Positions 42,195 through 42,496 of a stretch of 42,496 bases of DNA are shown here, piece after piece. A program made the translations under genes and the position numbers. Source of the stretch: Candidatus Wolfebacteria bacterium (GTDB lineage Bacteria > Patescibacteriota > Minisyncoccia > UBA6257 > JAGOQP01); the NCBI GenBank assembly GCA_027350645.1, contig DAIEKJ010000001.1:1-42496 (forward strand). The letters run 5' to 3'. Under the pieces are notes generated by a model. That model was not told the origin of the DNA, did not search any database, and saw nothing but the letters and a program-made list of their open reading frames with translations. Each line of letters begins with the position of its first letter. Position 1 is the stretch's first letter.

Positions 42195-42496
42195 CTATGA
42201 AACCAGCTTGATTTCAATATCAACGCCGGACGGAAGACTCAGCGAGCTTAACGCCTCCACGATCTTCTGGCCAGGATTGAGTATTTCAATCAAACGCTTG
42301 TGCACCCGCATCTCAAACTGGTCGCGGGAGTTTTTGTGGACAAACGTCGATCGATTCACCGTATATTTACGGATCTCGGTGGGCAAGGGAATCGGACCGA
42401 CAATATCGGCGACGTTACGCACCGCCGTATCAATAATCTGTTTCGTTGACGCATCAATAAGCCGATGATCGTACGATTTGATCTTGAGACGAATCC
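42195..42496 (-). CDS. rpsJ: 30S ribosomal protein uS10 (5'-partial; runs off the window)
   Basis: The frame is open to the window edge (IRLKIKSYDHRLIDASTKQIIDTAVRNVADIVGPIPLPTEIRKYTVNRS..HKNSRDQFEMR.HKRLIEI), the canonical uS10 sequence. Confidence 0.9.
   Translation of the reverse strand, partial: IRLKIKSYDHRLIDASTKQIIDTAVRNVADIVGPIPLPTEIRKYTVNRSTFVHKNSRDQFEMRVHKRLIEILNPGQKIVEALSSLSLPSGVDIEIKLVS

Noticed and set aside
1-42496. CRISPR arrays, rRNA genes, transposases/integrases and canonical parS sites (tGTTTCACGTGAAACa)
   Set aside because: Reading through the window, I saw no regularly spaced short repeats, no rRNA-like conserved stretches, and no transposase or integrase-like ORFs. Only an isolated tgtttcac half-site occurs, inside rpsH at about 20813, without the palindromic partner. 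A computational scan would be needed to exclude degenerate parS sites.

Overview
This 42.5-kb chromosomal window is coded almost entirely on the minus strand. Only three genes lie on the plus strand: the partial ORF at 1-270, 1953-2258 and 7830-9764. Most of the content is housekeeping. It includes ychF, tyrS, serS, lysS, greA, a cdaA-YbbR fusion, and a long ribosomal-protein block (rplC through rplO, then secY-adk-map). It also includes parAB, tRNA-Leu(CAA), rpsF-ssb-rpsR, rpoB-rpoC, a YhhQ-type transporter, mltG, a SEDS protein and the 3' part of rpsJ. Several traits fit a small-genome Patescibacteria/CPR-type bacterium, but this is inference, not a database result: tight gene packing with overlapping start/stop codons, no rpmD between rpsE and rplO, extended r-proteins, and pilin-like and glycosyltransferase genes. 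The outstanding accessory feature is a complete diversity-generating retroelement (DGR) at about 3.6-7.15 kb. It comprises a target gene, avd, a template repeat (TR) and a reverse transcriptase. The 117-nt TR/VR pair differs at 17 positions, all of them TR adenines. The target is a type IV pilin-like protein carrying a C-terminal FGE/C-type-lectin-fold variable domain. Its predicted promoter contains a G9 homopolymer in the spacer. Other points worth a second look: partial duplications of both ends of the tRNA-Leu gene, rpsJ displaced about 14.5 kb from rplC, a CdaA-YbbR fusion, an orphan zinc-ribbon gene with clean expression signals, and structured leaders. All protein calls rest on reading the supplied translations for family motifs and on synteny. 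No searches were run.
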